A stretch of DNA of 64,000 nt from Chloroflexota bacterium (GTDB lineage: Bacteria > Chloroflexota > Anaerolineae > UBA2200). This document shows positions 10,474-18,739 of this stretch, one piece after another (within the stretch, counting starts at the first letter, position 1; every line of letters starts with the position of its first letter). Position numbers and translations under genes: made by a program. The notes beneath the pieces were generated by a model that ran no database searches, was not told the origin of the DNA, and worked only from the letters and a program-made list of their open reading frames with translations. The stretch is taken from NCBI GenBank assembly GCA_014360905.1, contig JACIWW010000004.1:71994-135993 (forward strand), given 5' to 3'.

Positions 10474-11202
10474 TTACTGGGATGACATGGCCCGTGCAAA
10501 TTCAGCGACGGCCTCATCAGAGAGCGGGTCATGGCCCATCGCCAAGAGCACGGCCAGTGGCACGGATATATGATGGGCTCCAGCCAGCAGCGTTTTGACT
10601 GCTTCTTCTGGCGATTTGATGCTGGCTGCCAAAACCTCCGTGCCCCGATCGACAGCCTTGCAGATGCGCACCAGTTCCTTGACAAAAGCCAAGCCATCGC
10701 CGCGCAAGCGTGTGGTCCGATTCACGTAGGGCAGCAGATATGTCGCGCCAGCTTCGCAGGCCAGGTAGGCCTGTGCCGGGCTAAACAGCGCTGTAACTGC
10801 TACAGCGACTCCCCGATCTGAGAACTCGGCTACAAGGGCCATGTTCTCGGTGGAAGCGGGGATTTTGAGCCCTATTCGACCTAGATGCGGGGGGAGATCC
10901 TGATCATCCATTGAGTTATCCACCCATTTGGCAAAGTGCTTGTCGTTTTCTTTCTGGAATTCGTCGTTTAGACGGAGAATCTGCTCAGCCTCTGCTCGCC
11001 GCTCCGAAACGGTTGGTGCGGTCAGTTGATAAAATACGTTTCCCGAACAGATATGGCACAATTCGCGGAGAACTTCCGTTGTCGGGCGCTTTACTTTAGC
11101 CAAGAGCGCCGGGTTTGTGGTGATGCCGCGGACAAAGCCCAGGCTCATTGCCTGACGCGCTTCATCCGGAATCGCAGAGTCGAGATAGATGCTCAAGAGC
11201 AC
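10474..11202 (-). CDS. Transaldolase-family protein, fructose-6-phosphate aldolase type
   Basis: YLDSA, GITTNP, KIP Schiff-base Lys, TALFSPAQA, PYVNR, LAASIK. The start may be the TTG at 11196. Confidence 0.85.
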   Translation of the reverse strand: MLLSIYLDSAIPDEARQAMSLGFVRGITTNPALLAKVKRPTTEVLRELCHICSGNVFYQLTAPTVSERRAEAEQILRLNDEFQKENDKHFAKWVDNSMDDQDLPPHLGRIGLKIPASTENMALVAEFSDRGVAVAVTALFSPAQAYLACEAGATYLLPYVNRTTRLRGDGLAFVKELVRICKAVDRGTEVLAASIKSPEEAVKTLLAGAHHISVPLAVLLAMGHDPLSDEAVAEFARAMSSQ

Positions 11203-11266
11203 CTCCTATGGAACGCTAAAATAATATATATGCACATTGCGAATGTTGCATTTTGCTCGATAGCCA

Positions 11267-12364
11267 TTAAATGCTCTTCAAACCATGCCCAGTTAGGGGC
11301 AGTACTGTCAGTTCCTGCGCACGGAAGCGCTGACGTAACCGCAACAGAGCAGCAAAAGGCACAGCAGCCGTCGGTTCTACATACAGACCACGCCTAGCCA
11401 AAGCTTCTCTTGCGGCAAGGATCTCCTCGTCATTCACAGTCAACACAGCCCCACCGGATTCGCGCACAGCCCTCAATACATACCTACCCCAAGCTGGTCG
11501 GGTGACCGAGATGCCCTCTGCTATCGTCTTGTCAGGTTGTACCTCTTGAGTATCCTCCCATCCATTCTGCCAGGCTGTAAACACAGGAGCACAAGCCTGC
11601 GCCTGCACGGCAAAGAAACGCGGCATGGTGTGCAGGGCTCCTGCCTCCTGCATTCTCTTCACTGCCATGTAGGTGGAAGCAATCAGCGAGCCATGTCCTA
11701 CGGGGAGGAGCAGATTGTCGGGCATGCGCCCACCCAACTGCTCAAACAACTCGTAGCCCATGGTCACCACGCCCTCGAGGAACATGGGGTGATATGCATG
11801 GCTAGCGTAGTACGCTCCGGCGCTGACCGCCTGTAAAACCGCCTCCGTTGCGCGTGGACGAGGCCCCTCTATAGGGACGAATTCTGCCCCATAAACCTCG
11901 ATCTGAGCACGTTTTGCGGTTGAGGTATGTGCTGGGGCAAAGATGCGCACTCGCAACCCCGCTCGCGCGCCATAGGCTGCTAATGACGCTCCAGCGTTGC
12001 CGGATGAATCATCCACGACATCGCGAATACCCCACGCGCGCAGGAAGCTGACCAACAGAGAGCTACCCCGATCCTTGAACGAACCGGTGGGGGACAAAAA
12101 CTCTAGCTTATACCCCACATGTAGGCCATCCCACTCCTCTAGTAACAGTGGGGTATTGCCTTCGCCCATGCTCACTGGTTCAGCATTGGGGGCCATAGAG
12201 GGAAGGAGTTCGCGATAGCGCCATACCCCTGTTTCTTGTGGGCGGACAGCCGCAAGGCGGAACTCAGGGACGTCTTCTACGAAAAGCGGCTGACCACACG
12301 GACAACGCCAGCGCGTCGTTGGCCAGGTTTCTCTGTATCCGCACACAGCACAGTAAAAGTTCAT
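11267..12364 (-). CDS. Threonine synthase-like PLP enzyme with N-terminal zinc ribbon
   Basis: CxxC..CxC N-terminus, GEGNTPL, PTGSFKDRG, SSGNAG, VEPTAA, LTGHGLK. Confidence 0.88.
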   Translation of the reverse strand: MNFYCAVCGYRETWPTTRWRCPCGQPLFVEDVPEFRLAAVRPQETGVWRYRELLPSMAPNAEPVSMGEGNTPLLLEEWDGLHVGYKLEFLSPTGSFKDRGSSLLVSFLRAWGIRDVVDDSSGNAGASLAAYGARAGLRVRIFAPAHTSTAKRAQIEVYGAEFVPIEGPRPRATEAVLQAVSAGAYYASHAYHPMFLEGVVTMGYELFEQLGGRMPDNLLLPVGHGSLIASTYMAVKRMQEAGALHTMPRFFAVQAQACAPVFTAWQNGWEDTQEVQPDKTIAEGISVTRPAWGRYVLRAVRESGGAVLTVNDEEILAAREALARRGLYVEPTAAVPFAALLRLRQRFRAQELTVLPLTGHGLKSI

Positions 12365-13326
12365 GCGGCTCCTACGTCCGCTAGCACCAACGCTAGCGCA
12401 CCGATCAAACCTGCATCATCTCCGAGTGCAGCAGGGACAATGCGAATATCACGCTGTGCTGCAGCGATAACCCGTTCCGCGATGACAGCACGCATTGGCG
12501 CAAAAAGCAGCTCGCCAGCCTTGCTCACACCACCTCCTACGATGATACACTCTGGATCGAAGGCATGGATAAAGGAAACCAGCCCGATACCCAGGTAGAA
12601 GGCAGCGCGTTGCATGACTTGCAGAGCCAGCGCATCTCCCTTTTGAGCAGCCTCGACCACTTCTTTAGCGGTGATGCGCGCGGTCTCATCCCTGACCATT
12701 TCCCATAGCAGCGAGGATTCGCCTTCTTGCAACAATTGCATCGCATGACGGGCAATCGCCGGCCCCGATGCTAATGCTTCCAGACAGCCAATATTTCCGC
12801 AGTTGCACCGTGGTCCATTGGGCTCCACGATGATATGCCCCAATTCTGTTGCCCAGCCATGAGCTCCTAGCAACAGACGTCTGTCCTCAATGACCCCGGC
12901 TCCGATCCCTGTGCTAATGGTCAGATAGATAAGAAAATTTGTCCCCTGACCTGCGCCAAAGCGATGCTCCGCCAAGGCGGCGAGCTTGGCATCATTGCCC
13001 ACATAGATAGGTACATGCAACTCCTGTGCCAGCATGTCACGAAGTGGCCAGTTCTCGAAACCGGGCAAATTGGCTGCTTTGGCGATCACACCGGTGCAGG
13101 GATTCACCGCGCCCGCCGTGGCAACTCCGATACCCAGAACCTGGCTACGCTCAACTTCTTGCAGCGCTTGGCCAATGCAATCCACCAGACGGGACATGAC
13201 ACGGTGGGCTCCTTCGTGAGCCTGGGTCAGAGTGCTGACGCGTTTGAGCACTGTACCCTTTTCGTCAGCCAAAACGGCACGTATCTGGGTCCCACCTAGA
13301 TCCACGCCCACGACGAATCTTCTCAT
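12361..13326 (-). CDS. ROK family sugar kinase (glucokinase-like)
   Basis: GVDLGGT, NDAKLAALAE, STGIGAG, ELGH, CNCGNIGCLE. Start placed at ATG 13326 after AAGGGAG. 4-bp overlap with the downstream gene. Confidence 0.92.
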   Translation of the reverse strand: MRRFVVGVDLGGTQIRAVLADEKGTVLKRVSTLTQAHEGAHRVMSRLVDCIGQALQEVERSQVLGIGVATAGAVNPCTGVIAKAANLPGFENWPLRDMLAQELHVPIYVGNDAKLAALAEHRFGAGQGTNFLIYLTISTGIGAGVIEDRRLLLGAHGWATELGHIIVEPNGPRCNCGNIGCLEALASGPAIARHAMQLLQEGESSLLWEMVRDETARITAKEVVEAAQKGDALALQVMQRAAFYLGIGLVSFIHAFDPECIIVGGGVSKAGELLFAPMRAVIAERVIAAAQRDIRIVPAALGDDAGLIGALALVLADVGAA

Positions 13327-13532
13327 AAGAGCTCCCTTGCACCGAAGTGACATCAAGTATACTGTCATCCTGAGCGTCCGGCAAATGTCGCTCATTGAAT
13401 TACCAACTTGCTGCTCCACTTTGACTCCAAAAGAAAGCCGTGTTACACTTCAGACCAAGACAACTGCTTCATCCGTGATAGGCCATTAGTTAGCCGGCCC
13501 GATGTGAATTATGCGGAAGGGAGAGACCGAAA

Positions 13533-14759
13533 ATGAAAGCAGTGATGTTTCAGTTTAGCATTCCCCGTTATTTGCTCACCTTGGCCCTTGGCCCGCTCAT
13601 CTCTTCAGCCTACTATAGCCCTCTCTCCTGTGTACAACTTGTCGAAGTGCCCGAACCGCGCCTGCTGAACGACCACTGGGTCAAAATCAAGACTCGATAT
13701 GGCGGCATCTGCGGCTCAGATATCAATCTAGTGCAATTGTGCGATAGCCCTTCTTCTTCCCCCTATTCCTCCTTGCCTTTTATTTTTGGGCACGAGAATA
13801 TGGGCGTGGTTGCTGAAGTGGGGACAGCTGTGGAGAACCTGGCTGTTGGTCAACGCGTCATTGCGGATCCTTTGCTGCCTTGCCCCACTCGTGACCTTGA
13901 GGAGTGGTGCGCCCATTGTCAGCAAGGAGAATGGCCCCGCTGTGAGAATTTCCGCATGGGCACGCCAGGTGTGGGGTTCCAGTTAGGCAATAACATCAAG
14001 GTGGGCGGGAGCTGGGCTCCGTATTACCTGGCTCATCCCTTCCAACTCTTCCCTGTGCCAGACAATGTTTCAGATGAGAATGCGATCCTGGTAGATGCTT
14101 TTGCTTCTGCACTGCACGCGGTGATGCGCAATCGACCGGTAGACCAGGAGATAGCCCTGGTTATAGGCGCAGGGATGATGGGATTGGGAGTGGTAGCCGC
14201 ATTGCGTGTCACAGGGTTCAAAGGCTCGCTTCTGGTGGTAGCCAAGTATCCTTTCCAGGCTGAATTGGCCCGACACTATGGCGCGGATGAGATCATTGAC
14301 AGCCGCTGCGATGTCTATGCGGTTATGGCCGAGCGGACCGGTGGCACGTTACACAAACCAGTGCTGGGCAAGCGCGTCATGATGGGCGGTGGGGCACATG
14401 TGGTCTATGAATGTGTCGGGATGGATGAGACCCTCGATGATGCCTTGCGCCTGGCTCGTCCCGGCGGCAAAGTAGCGCTGATTGGCTTGATTGGAGCAAC
14501 CCAAAAAGTGGATTGGACCTTTGCCTGGCTAAAGGAGTTGACTGTGGCCGGCACACTGTGTTCCAGCACCGAAGAATACGCCAATGAGCGCAAGCGGTGC
14601 TATCAACTCATCCTGGATTGGATGTCCAAAGGCCAATTGGACCTGACTCCATTGCTCACCCATCGCTTCCGCTTGGAAGAATACAAAAAGGCACTAGCGA
14701 TGTCCTTTCACAAGAGTCAACATGGCATGGTGAAAGCAGTGTTTGAGTTCGTGGGTTAG
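13533..14759 (+). CDS. Zinc-dependent alcohol dehydrogenase (MDR family)
   Basis: GICGSD, GHE, four structural-Zn Cys, GAGMMG, THRF. Confidence 0.9.
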   Translation: MKAVMFQFSIPRYLLTLALGPLISSAYYSPLSCVQLVEVPEPRLLNDHWVKIKTRYGGICGSDINLVQLCDSPSSSPYSSLPFIFGHENMGVVAEVGTAVENLAVGQRVIADPLLPCPTRDLEEWCAHCQQGEWPRCENFRMGTPGVGFQLGNNIKVGGSWAPYYLAHPFQLFPVPDNVSDENAILVDAFASALHAVMRNRPVDQEIALVIGAGMMGLGVVAALRVTGFKGSLLVVAKYPFQAELARHYGADEIIDSRCDVYAVMAERTGGTLHKPVLGKRVMMGGGAHVVYECVGMDETLDDALRLARPGGKVALIGLIGATQKVDWTFAWLKELTVAGTLCSSTEEYANERKRCYQLILDWMSKGQLDLTPLLTHRFRLEEYKKALAMSFHKSQHGMVKAVFEFVG

Positions 14760-14819
14760 CAACTGATCCTCTCGCGAGCAGTTCGTATAGGAGGGTATCT
14801 TGTCAAGGAGGAGCGAAAA

Positions 14820-15257
14820 ATGAAACTAGGCAGTCCAGAATATCTCGAAGAGGTCAAGAGACGCAGCAATGCCGATGCAACCTATTGCCAGATGATCAAG
14901 AACGATTACGAGTCCTATACCCTGGTGCTACAAGCCGAACCTAACAAGGGGGTCCAGGACACTCTGAGCATTGGCTTCCAGGTAGATCACGGACAGATTT
15001 CTGACATCTGGGTGGGGGAACGCCAGACTGATTTTATCCTGAGTGGGCCTTATGGTGTATGGGTGGACATTTTGCGAGGTGCATTGAATCCCAACAAAGC
15101 GCTGACGATGCGCAAGCTTAAGATCAAAGGGAATATCCTGCAATTGCTGCGGGGGGCTGATTCTACCATCCGCTGGGTGGAAATTCTGCAGACTATTCCA
15201 ACAGAGTTCGAAGGCGCATACGCTCAATATAACTTTTCAGGACGAGCTACTGTATAG
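14820..15257 (+). CDS. SCP2 sterol/lipid-binding domain protein
   Basis: DFILSGPYGVWVDILRGALNPNKALTMRKLKIKGN matches the SCP2 pattern; GGAGG RBS. Confidence 0.8.
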   Translation: MKLGSPEYLEEVKRRSNADATYCQMIKNDYESYTLVLQAEPNKGVQDTLSIGFQVDHGQISDIWVGERQTDFILSGPYGVWVDILRGALNPNKALTMRKLKIKGNILQLLRGADSTIRWVEILQTIPTEFEGAYAQYNFSGRATV

Positions 15258-15311
15258 TTGCAATTCGTTGCACGCTGCAGCATTGTTTTTGCAGAGTGAT
15301 AGGAGGATTCG

Positions 15312-16175
15312 ATGGAAATTAACCTAACCGGCAAAGTAGCGATTGTGACAGGTGGCGCTTCTGGCATTGGGCGCGGGATCGCCGAGATGTTTGCCCGGCT
15401 CGGAGCAGCAGTGGTCATAGCCGATCTTGACTTGTCTGCAGCCAACGATGTGGCTAACGCACTGCAAGCGACTGGCCTTCGCGCTATGGCTGTGGAAGTA
15501 GATGTACAGAATGCCAGCCAGGTGGAAAACATGCTGGATCAGACTATAGAGCATTTTGGCCAGGTGGATATTCTGGTCAACTCAGCCGGAGTAGGTTCGG
15601 AATCGCCGATCATCGAAATGCTAGAAGAAGAATGGGATTGGGTGCTAGGCGTCAACCTAAAAGGCACCTTCCTCTGCACCCGCGCAGTGGCCAAATGGTG
15701 GATAGAACACAAACACCCAGGAAAAATCATTAACCTGTCCTCTATCAATGAGACGGTGCCATTGGCTGGTGAAGCGCACTATTGCGCCTCTAAAGGCGGG
15801 GTCATGATGTTCACCCGCGCTGCTGCTCTGGAGTTGGCACCATATGGCATCCACGTCAATGCCCTGGCGCCGGGCATGATCGAAACTGCGCTGACCGAGG
15901 AAATTACTCTTATCCCCGAACTACGTCATGCGCATCTCAAACAAATCCCCTTTGGACGCTATGGACAGCCCGAGGACGTGGCCAAAGCGGCGGCTTTTCT
16001 GGCTTCGGAGTGGTCGGATTGGGTGACCGGCCATAGCCTGTTCGTGGACGGTGGGATGCATCTTATCGGTGAGGAAAGCTACTTGTGGGCTATCGAGCGT
16101 GCTATGATGCACCATGATCGTATCCCGAAGGTGCCTATGTGCTGGCCCCCTGGGGCATTGGGAGATAAAGCCTAA
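15312..16175 (+). CDS. SDR family oxidoreductase
   Basis: TGGASGIG, NSAG, catalytic S and YCASK, PGMIET, VDGG. Confidence 0.93.
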   Translation: MEINLTGKVAIVTGGASGIGRGIAEMFARLGAAVVIADLDLSAANDVANALQATGLRAMAVEVDVQNASQVENMLDQTIEHFGQVDILVNSAGVGSESPIIEMLEEEWDWVLGVNLKGTFLCTRAVAKWWIEHKHPGKIINLSSINETVPLAGEAHYCASKGGVMMFTRAAALELAPYGIHVNALAPGMIETALTEEITLIPELRHAHLKQIPFGRYGQPEDVAKAAAFLASEWSDWVTGHSLFVDGGMHLIGEESYLWAIERAMMHHDRIPKVPMCWPPGALGDKA

Positions 16176-16214
16176 AACGTGGGAGTAAAACGTAAGGGGA
16201 GAAGGGAACAGAAC

Positions 16215-16676
16215 ATGGCGGGGGCACGTACAAAGTGCGTGGGTGAAGATAAAGGATTCAAGGTAGTAGCATGGCTATTGGCATTGACGGCGTTGTTGAC
16301 CGTCGTTTTTTGGGTTGTCTTTTTCGCTGACTATGCTGCACAGGATGAATCATACTTCGCCCAGCAATGCGGCGCATGGCTGCTCTGGGAGCGTTCGTTC
16401 CCTGCTGCTGACCTCTGGATGGCCTCTGCCTGCCTTGTCGGGGCGGTTGGACTGTGGAAACGTCGGCCGTGGGGATTGCTTTTTGCCCTGCTGAGCGGCA
16501 GTGCACTCATCTTCCTGGGATTGATGGACGCCTTGTTCTTCTTACAGAATGGACTGTACTGGCCGGTCAACGCTGATGTGATGATTGAAGCAGTTATTCA
16601 CTTGTGGGCGCTGACTTTCGGGCCATTCGTTATTGCCTATACGTGGCGGCGACGCCAGCAGTTGCTGGCTGAGTAG
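16215..16676 (+). CDS. Hypothetical integral membrane protein (about 4 TM)
   Basis: Four hydrophobic segments, WERSFPAADLW motif; co-oriented at the end of the operon. Confidence 0.7.
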   Translation: MAGARTKCVGEDKGFKVVAWLLALTALLTVVFWVVFFADYAAQDESYFAQQCGAWLLWERSFPAADLWMASACLVGAVGLWKRRPWGLLFALLSGSALIFLGLMDALFFLQNGLYWPVNADVMIEAVIHLWALTFGPFVIAYTWRRRQQLLAE

Positions 16677-16883
16677 TATAGCCTGTCCCACAGTTACCGC
16701 CTGGATGACTCGGGCAAGAGTCTGCTGCGCACTTCGTATCGCAACTGAGGATGAGTACACGGCCCTTCCGTATTATTCCTTAACGCGGGCTACTGGTACT
16801 GGATGACCGACACGGTCGTTGTGCTACCCCCATCACCACAATACGATGTCCACCTTGACCATGAGGAGCTACCCATAACACGA

Positions 16884-16915
16884 GGGCAGAGGGGACTTGT
16901 ACGCACCCTCTGCCC
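16884..16915. terminator. GC-rich hairpin
   Basis: GGGCAGAGGG-12 nt-CCCTCTGCCC perfect 10-bp stem; weak U tail. Confidence 0.45.
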
Positions 16916-16989
16916 CTTGGCACATTGGGAAGCAAAGTGCTTATAATTCACATGGGGAGCCTAGATAATAACAAATGCGCGGAGATGAA

Positions 16990-17515
16990 TGTATGGGATC
17001 TACAAACGGAATGAACCTCATTGTGTTGAAATGCCCACAGTGTGGCGCAAGTCTCCCACCAGGAGCGGCAGACTACACGGTCTGTCAGTATTGCGGCTCA
17101 AGCCTTGTCTGTGGAAGCCGAGGCAGCGAAGGTGGTGCGCCCTCCTATGGGCATCCGCGAAGCGCTGTAGGGACTCGTAGTGCCGCGTTACTGCGCTCAA
17201 GCGCAGAACCTGCAGATTCTGAGCTACGAACCACCGCCCGATTTCCCTCGGCTGGCCAAGTCCGAAGCCGCCATCAGCGGTGGCTCGGCGGAAAGTAGCA
17301 AGTTGCGCATTCGTTACAATTGGCGGGGACAGCAGTTCGACGAGGACATCTACGGCATGGTGGAGATCTTCCGCGCCCCGCTGACCACGATGTTCGGCGC
17401 GGCTGAGATTATTGTCTGGTTTGTGGATGCGCTTTTCTCCTTCCGCACTGCAGATGAGGAACTTTCCCTTAAACTTGTTCATTTGACACTCCTTTTAAGC
17501 GTAAAAGCGCACTGA
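16990..17515 (+). pseudogene. Decayed gene: N-terminal zinc ribbon plus a frameshifted fragment containing a stop
   Basis: CPQCGA..CQYCGS in one frame. A different frame reads VRPPMGIREAL*GLVVPRY...WFVDALFSFR with TAG at 17168-17170, then loses protein-like character near 17460. Confidence 0.65.
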
Positions 17516-17791
17516 CAAGGACTGAAGACACTTGGGGAAAAAGCAAGGGCATGGTAAAATGGAGGTGGCGGTGCTATGGACAGTCAAGGGGTCTATGCTC
17601 GATGCTACTGATATAATGATACCACAGAAATAGGGAGAGGGCAAATCAGCGAGATTCATGACAGATTGTTGGCTCAGAACAAACGCAGTGTACTGTGCAT
17701 GAGTAGTCTGGATCCCGTCTTGATCGGGCTCGTGCAATAAGAAACCGTATCTTACGCAATTATCTAACCGCACTCGTAGAAAGGGGATAGG

Positions 17792-18739
17792 ATGAAAACG
17801 ACTTTGCTCATAGACAGCACGACGACCATACCCCAGAGCGTTATAGACGAATATGGAGTTCCGATGATTCCTGTGCCTATCCAGGTTGCAGGCAGGGAAT
17901 ATCGCGACGGAGTTGACCTTACCCTGGAAAGATTCTGTGATCTGTTGGAAACCTCGAAAGATCGTCCCACCACGGCCGTACCTGGCTTGGGAGAATTCGT
18001 CTCCTTTTACGAACAACTGTTGCAAAGATACAAAAACATTGTGTATCCTGCTCCCAGCCCCAGGCTCACTGGTATCTTCAATGCTGCAGTCCAGTCGGCA
18101 AGGAGCATCGAGGGAGCCAAAATTGTGGCAGTAGACCCTCCTGAGGAATGGGGCACCGAATTATACGTGGTTCATTCTGACGATCCCCAACTGCGGGAGC
18201 GACTGTCCAAGGTCAGCAAGGAAGATGCTCCAGTGATCGCTGTCGTGAACACCGGCTACGTCTCAGGCGCTGCGGGTTTGATTGCAATGGAAGCACTCAA
18301 AGCCATTCAGGAGGGACTTGAGCTGGACGAAGTGGTCTATAGGATGGCTGCAGTCAAACCCCAAACGGGCATTTACTTTATCCTCACAACCCTGGACTAT
18401 GTGGTAGATCGCGTGGGACATTTGCGCGCGTTGATCGGCACCTTGCTCAAAATAAAACCGGTATTGGCCATCAGGCAGGGCATGGTTGAGGAAGAAATCA
18501 AGGTCAGAGGCGAAGGCAAGGCGAAAAGAGCGCTGATTGAATTGCTGAAACAACGCGTAGGCGATAGAGAAGTAGATGTGTATGTGCTACATTCGCTGGC
18601 GCAGGCAGAAGCAGAAGATCTCTTGGAACAAGTAAAGAGCGAACTAAACGTCAGAAATTGGTGGCTTGGTGGTATCGGTTGTGCGGTCAGCCGATACACT
18701 GGCCGGGGCGGACTGGGGATTGCTTTCATCGCAAGGTAG
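17792..18739 (+). CDS. DegV family protein (divergent)
   Basis: LIDSTTTIP, YRDGVD, LLKIKPVL, KVRG, C-terminal TGRGGLGIAF. Confidence 0.88.
   Translation: MKTTLLIDSTTTIPQSVIDEYGVPMIPVPIQVAGREYRDGVDLTLERFCDLLETSKDRPTTAVPGLGEFVSFYEQLLQRYKNIVYPAPSPRLTGIFNAAVQSARSIEGAKIVAVDPPEEWGTELYVVHSDDPQLRERLSKVSKEDAPVIAVVNTGYVSGAAGLIAMEALKAIQEGLELDEVVYRMAAVKPQTGIYFILTTLDYVVDRVGHLRALIGTLLKIKPVLAIRQGMVEEEIKVRGEGKAKRALIELLKQRVGDREVDVYVLHSLAQAEAEDLLEQVKSELNVRNWWLGGIGCAVSRYTGRGGLGIAFIAR

Noticed and set aside
17168-17170. In-frame TAG as pyrrolysine or stop recoding
   Set aside because: It is accompanied by a frameshift and truncation, TAG is a normal stop elsewhere in the window (murA, mreB), and no pyl genes are visible. 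Simple decay explains it.
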